Shown piece after piece: positions 60,921 to 64,000 of a stretch of DNA of 64,000 nucleotides; the first letter of the stretch is position 1; every line of letters begins with the position of its first letter. The notes beneath the pieces are model-generated. The model searched no databases. It worked only from the letters and a program-made list of their open reading frames with translations, and was not told the origin of the DNA. A program made the position numbers and the translations under genes. Source of the stretch: Candidatus Latescibacterota bacterium (GTDB lineage: Bacteria; Latescibacterota; CBDEFO01); assembly GCA_965248755.1 (NCBI GenBank), contig OZ252149.1, forward strand, positions 3,040,001 to 3,104,000, read 5' to 3'.

Positions 60921-62237
60921 CTATATCTTGTTGAGATCGATTCCTACAGCCCGCTCCAGGTCGGCGAGGCCCTTCTCAAAATCCACGAGCGACCGGTAGT
61001 AGGCCAGTTCAAATTTGAGCAATACGCGCTCGCTGTCGATTAGATTGAGGAAAGAAGCCCTGCCAGTTCGGTAGGAGGCTGTTACTGCCTCCAAGGTCTG
61101 CTGTGCCTGAGGGAGGATAACGTCCCTGTAAAGCTTTATTTCACTCTCTGCCACCTGAACATTGATGAGGGCATCTTCTACTTCGTAGAGGACATGATTT
61201 TTCAGATCCTCATAGGCTGAGTTTGACAACCTCTCTTCAATTTTCGCCTCCTTCAACCTGGCGTCGTGCCTGCCCTTGGACCAGAAGGCTAACGGGATCT
61301 TGGCCTCCACCATCAACATCCAGCGGTTCAGATTATCCTGAACGTTCCAGTAGGCTACATCTATCATAAAGTCTGGATAATACTCCTTCCGAGCCAATTT
61401 CTGATCCGTTCGACTCCTCTGGACGGCAAGCTGGGTCGCCTCCAACTCTGGTCTGTTGTCAAGGGCTACCTTCTGAAGATCTTCCAATGTCTGGGTTACC
61501 TTCACAGCCTCACATTCCTCAGGAGTCCCCAGGGGAGTCTGAGGAAGGCGGTTCAAAAGAGTATTCAGCTTCGCCTCGGTCGCCCTTCGCCTCTGCACGA
61601 GCACGAGCACCTCTTTGGACAGGTCGGACACCTCCACAAGAGCCTTCAACACGTCGCCTTGAGAGACAGTGCCGGTGGTGTATTTTGTCTCGGCTATCTT
61701 TGAGAAACCCCGATTTAGGTCCAGATGCTTCTGTCGGATCTCGATGGCTTTATGAATCAGGAACAGTTCATAATAGGCAGACTTTACCTGCCTTATAATC
61801 TCCTGTCGTGCCGCTTGATACTGCAACTGGGCCATCTGTGCCTCAAAAGAGGCAATCTTCCCCCGAAGGGAAAGTTTCCCCGGGAAGGGTATCTTCTGCT
61901 TCACACCGAGCCATACCTCCCGGGCTTCAAAAGGGTCTGGAGTCGTCCTGGGCACCGCCCAGAACATCGTATAGAAACTGGGGTCGTCCAGTGAGCTTAC
62001 CTGTGGTTCCTTTTCTAAGGCACTTTCCCAGCGATATTTCGCTGTTGAAAGACGGGGGTTTTCCTCCAATGCCGCTTGAATTATTACATCCAACACCAGG
62101 CGTTGATCCCTGTCCGTCTCCGCTGATATAGGGACATCCAGGGCAAGGACCAAACAGATATTTAGTACGATAACCAAAATATGTCTCCAGCTTATCGGCA
62201 TGAAGCCACCTCCAAATCTATCAGAAATATCAAGCAA
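60921..62237 (-). CDS. TolC/CusC-family outer membrane efflux protein
   Basis: OEP repeats, IPFPGK, operon position. Confidence 0.92.
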   Translation of the reverse strand: MLDISDRFGGGFMPISWRHILVIVLNICLVLALDVPISAETDRDQRLVLDVIIQAALEENPRLSTAKYRWESALEKEPQVSSLDDPSFYTMFWAVPRTTPDPFEAREVWLGVKQKIPFPGKLSLRGKIASFEAQMAQLQYQAARQEIIRQVKSAYYELFLIHKAIEIRQKHLDLNRGFSKIAETKYTTGTVSQGDVLKALVEVSDLSKEVLVLVQRRRATEAKLNTLLNRLPQTPLGTPEECEAVKVTQTLEDLQKVALDNRPELEATQLAVQRSRTDQKLARKEYYPDFMIDVAYWNVQDNLNRWMLMVEAKIPLAFWSKGRHDARLKEAKIEERLSNSAYEDLKNHVLYEVEDALINVQVAESEIKLYRDVILPQAQQTLEAVTASYRTGRASFLNLIDSERVLLKFELAYYRSLVDFEKGLADLERAVGIDLNKI

Positions 62238-62416
62238 AAACAGATGATAGCCCTAACGATCATAGACCACCGTTAAATCCGTTAGGGAACAATCTGCCTT
62301 TTATGACAACGAATGCACTGAGGATTTCAATACGGAATAGAAAGGGACTCAGCCACAGATAGAGGATGTCGTCTGTCAATCAGGCTGATTTAAGGAAAGA
62401 AATTACAAGGGTAGGT

Positions 62417-62821
62417 TCAAATTAGATAGGCTTCGTGCAGAAGATAGAGTGCGGGTGAGGAACTATTCCTCTTTGGGGTAATCCAGATAAGAGAACTGAG
62501 TTTAGCGTTAGCGTTCTGAAAGATGTAGGGTGGAAAGAGTGCGACACTCTGAGTTCCAGAAAGTTTTACGGTGTTCGCAGGACGAATACTGTCAGGCGTG
62601 GTCTCCTTCTGTGCAAAGGAGAAGCGAACTTCACAGCAGCAATCCTTAAGGCGAGAAAGATCGCAGTCTGGGCTACCAGAAACGCTAAGGCAGCAGCACT
62701 TGTGAGGCTGCATAGCGCTCATAGCAGGGTTCTCTTTGCACACCAGCGTAACTTCAGCAGCTACAGGGGGCAGGTTAATCAATATGAAGATAAGTAAAGA
62801 TGTGAGAAACTTTGTAACCAC
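62417..62821 (-). CDS. Cys-rich putative metal-responsive leader protein
   Basis: Signal-like N-terminus, CCC..CCC clusters, C-terminal PALYLLHEAYLI; directly upstream of the efflux operon. Confidence 0.6.
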   Translation of the reverse strand: MVTKFLTSLLIFILINLPPVAAEVTLVCKENPAMSAMQPHKCCCLSVSGSPDCDLSRLKDCCCEVRFSFAQKETTPDSIRPANTVKLSGTQSVALFPPYIFQNANAKLSSLIWITPKRNSSSPALYLLHEAYLI

Positions 62822-63202
62822 AGAAATATATCCCTCTAATTAAGTCATGTACAAATGGATTTCGTTACAATACCTATAACGCTCAAAAAGGACGCAAGTT
62901 CCTCAGTTGTTCTGCTGAAGTTGTTGCGCAAGCTGCGCCTTTAGAAGCTGATCTCCTTATCCTTCTCGAAATTGGAACAACCAAACTGTAGCATGCATAG
63001 AGGTACGACAGCGATTAAAAGAGTACGGGAAACCATAGTAAGTTCTCCTTTCTTGAAATGCTGTGATGAATTTACTTACGCGGCCTAAACTAAGATCATC
63101 TCTTACAGGCTTCTCCTTTCTACGACCCCGGCAATTTCGTCAACGATCAGCATTGCAGCAGTGGTCATGCTTGATAGTCCAACTAAGTATCAAGTCAAAA
63201 TA

Positions 63203-63266
63203 GTCTCGACAAGATTATGTTTTGACAAGATTATGTCTTGACAAGATTATGTCTTGACAAGATTAA
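63203..63266. repeat. 4 x 16-bp tandem repeat GTCTTGACAAGATTAT
   Basis: Exact 16-bp period; unit contains a TCTTG-A-CAAGA palindrome. Confidence 0.9.
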
Positions 63267-63540
63267 TAGAGATCCAAAATAGTAGACAGCATACAAGGAA
63301 GTAAGGTGTCCTGTCTACTGTCTATGAAATTGGTTCGCTTTGCTCGCAATGACGTTACTTGGCTTAAACCTTCAGTCCTTGCGCGGGTGAAACCCCGAAG
63401 CAATCTCATATGTCCACTAACTTAATATACCCAACGAGTTTTGTCAAGCTACGTATTAGTCGATTTTCTCCAAAAAGTCAACCGAAAAGAGCACGGCCAT
63501 TTGGGGGAAGGATGAGTCTATTCGTGAGGCGTCGCAGGTC

Positions 63541-63999
63541 TCAGTGGTGGTGTTTTTCCTCCTTATGACCGCCTTCTTCATGGTGTTCCTTCTCGAGCGC
63601 CTTTTCCTCCACCTCCTTCTTCGGATATTGAAACGTCAGCTTGCCGATCTTCTTACCGCTAAGGGTGAGATCAGCCACGGCCTTGAAAGACTTGACTGCC
63701 TTTAGATTCACTCTAGCAGCGAGATAGGAGACAGCCGCTTCTTTATTCTCTTCCCCATGGTGACCTTTCTTCTTATGCTGTTCTCCCTGCTGGAGTGACC
63801 CTTCCGAGCTTTCGGCTACAGACAGTTTCAGGCTCTTGGTCGTCCCGTCTGCAAAAGTCAAATGCACCACCCCGGAGGCTTCAGCCGCAGAGAGGGGCTT
63901 CATAGCTTTATCATAAAGGTAGAACCTGATCTCTCCCTTGGCCGAATCGGCGACGAACTCTGCATGATAATTGCCTGCCGACAGAACATCTCCGCCGTG
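63541..63999 (-). CDS. His-rich putative periplasmic metal-binding protein (5' end outside the window)
   Basis: Frame open to the window edge (HGGDVLSAGNYHAEFV..); His-rich linker and tail. Confidence 0.7.
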   Translation of the reverse strand, partial: HGGDVLSAGNYHAEFVADSAKGEIRFYLYDKAMKPLSAAEASGVVHLTFADGTTKSLKLSVAESSEGSLQQGEQHKKKGHHGEENKEAAVSYLAARVNLKAVKSFKAVADLTLSGKKIGKLTFQYPKKEVEEKALEKEHHEEGGHKEEKHHH

Positions 64000-64000
64000 A

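Overview
Bacterial chromosome window. It is probably from an FCB-group candidate phylum such as Latescibacterota (inference from TTGACA-N17-TATATT promoters, a C-terminal TWGxIK-motif protein and an FlgD-like fragment). About 5.8-30 kb is mostly housekeeping: rel, tmRNA, cca, pncA/pncB, tandem PTPS, transaldolase, SDRs and HEAT proteins. About 30-56 kb is a mosaic of GC-richer single genes, gene fragments and decayed IS1595/phage pieces, many bounded by attC-like sites with no integrase in the window. About 56-64 kb is a cusCBA-type metal efflux locus. Mobile DNA: two IS3-family copies with 4-bp target duplications, five copies of a ~230-270 bp MITE, and about 20 copies of a ~21-bp CCCCGAT..ATCGGGG palindrome. 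Most notable: (1) an intact stand-alone small+large terminase operon with a host-type promoter and operator-like palindrome and no other phage genes; (2) a 20 x 17-bp palindromic tandem array apparently amplified from livF coding sequence at a deletion junction; (3) a lipoprotein paralog split cleanly by a 1001-bp cargo insert; (4) the scattered attC-like cassette remnants. All calls are by eye; no database searches were run.
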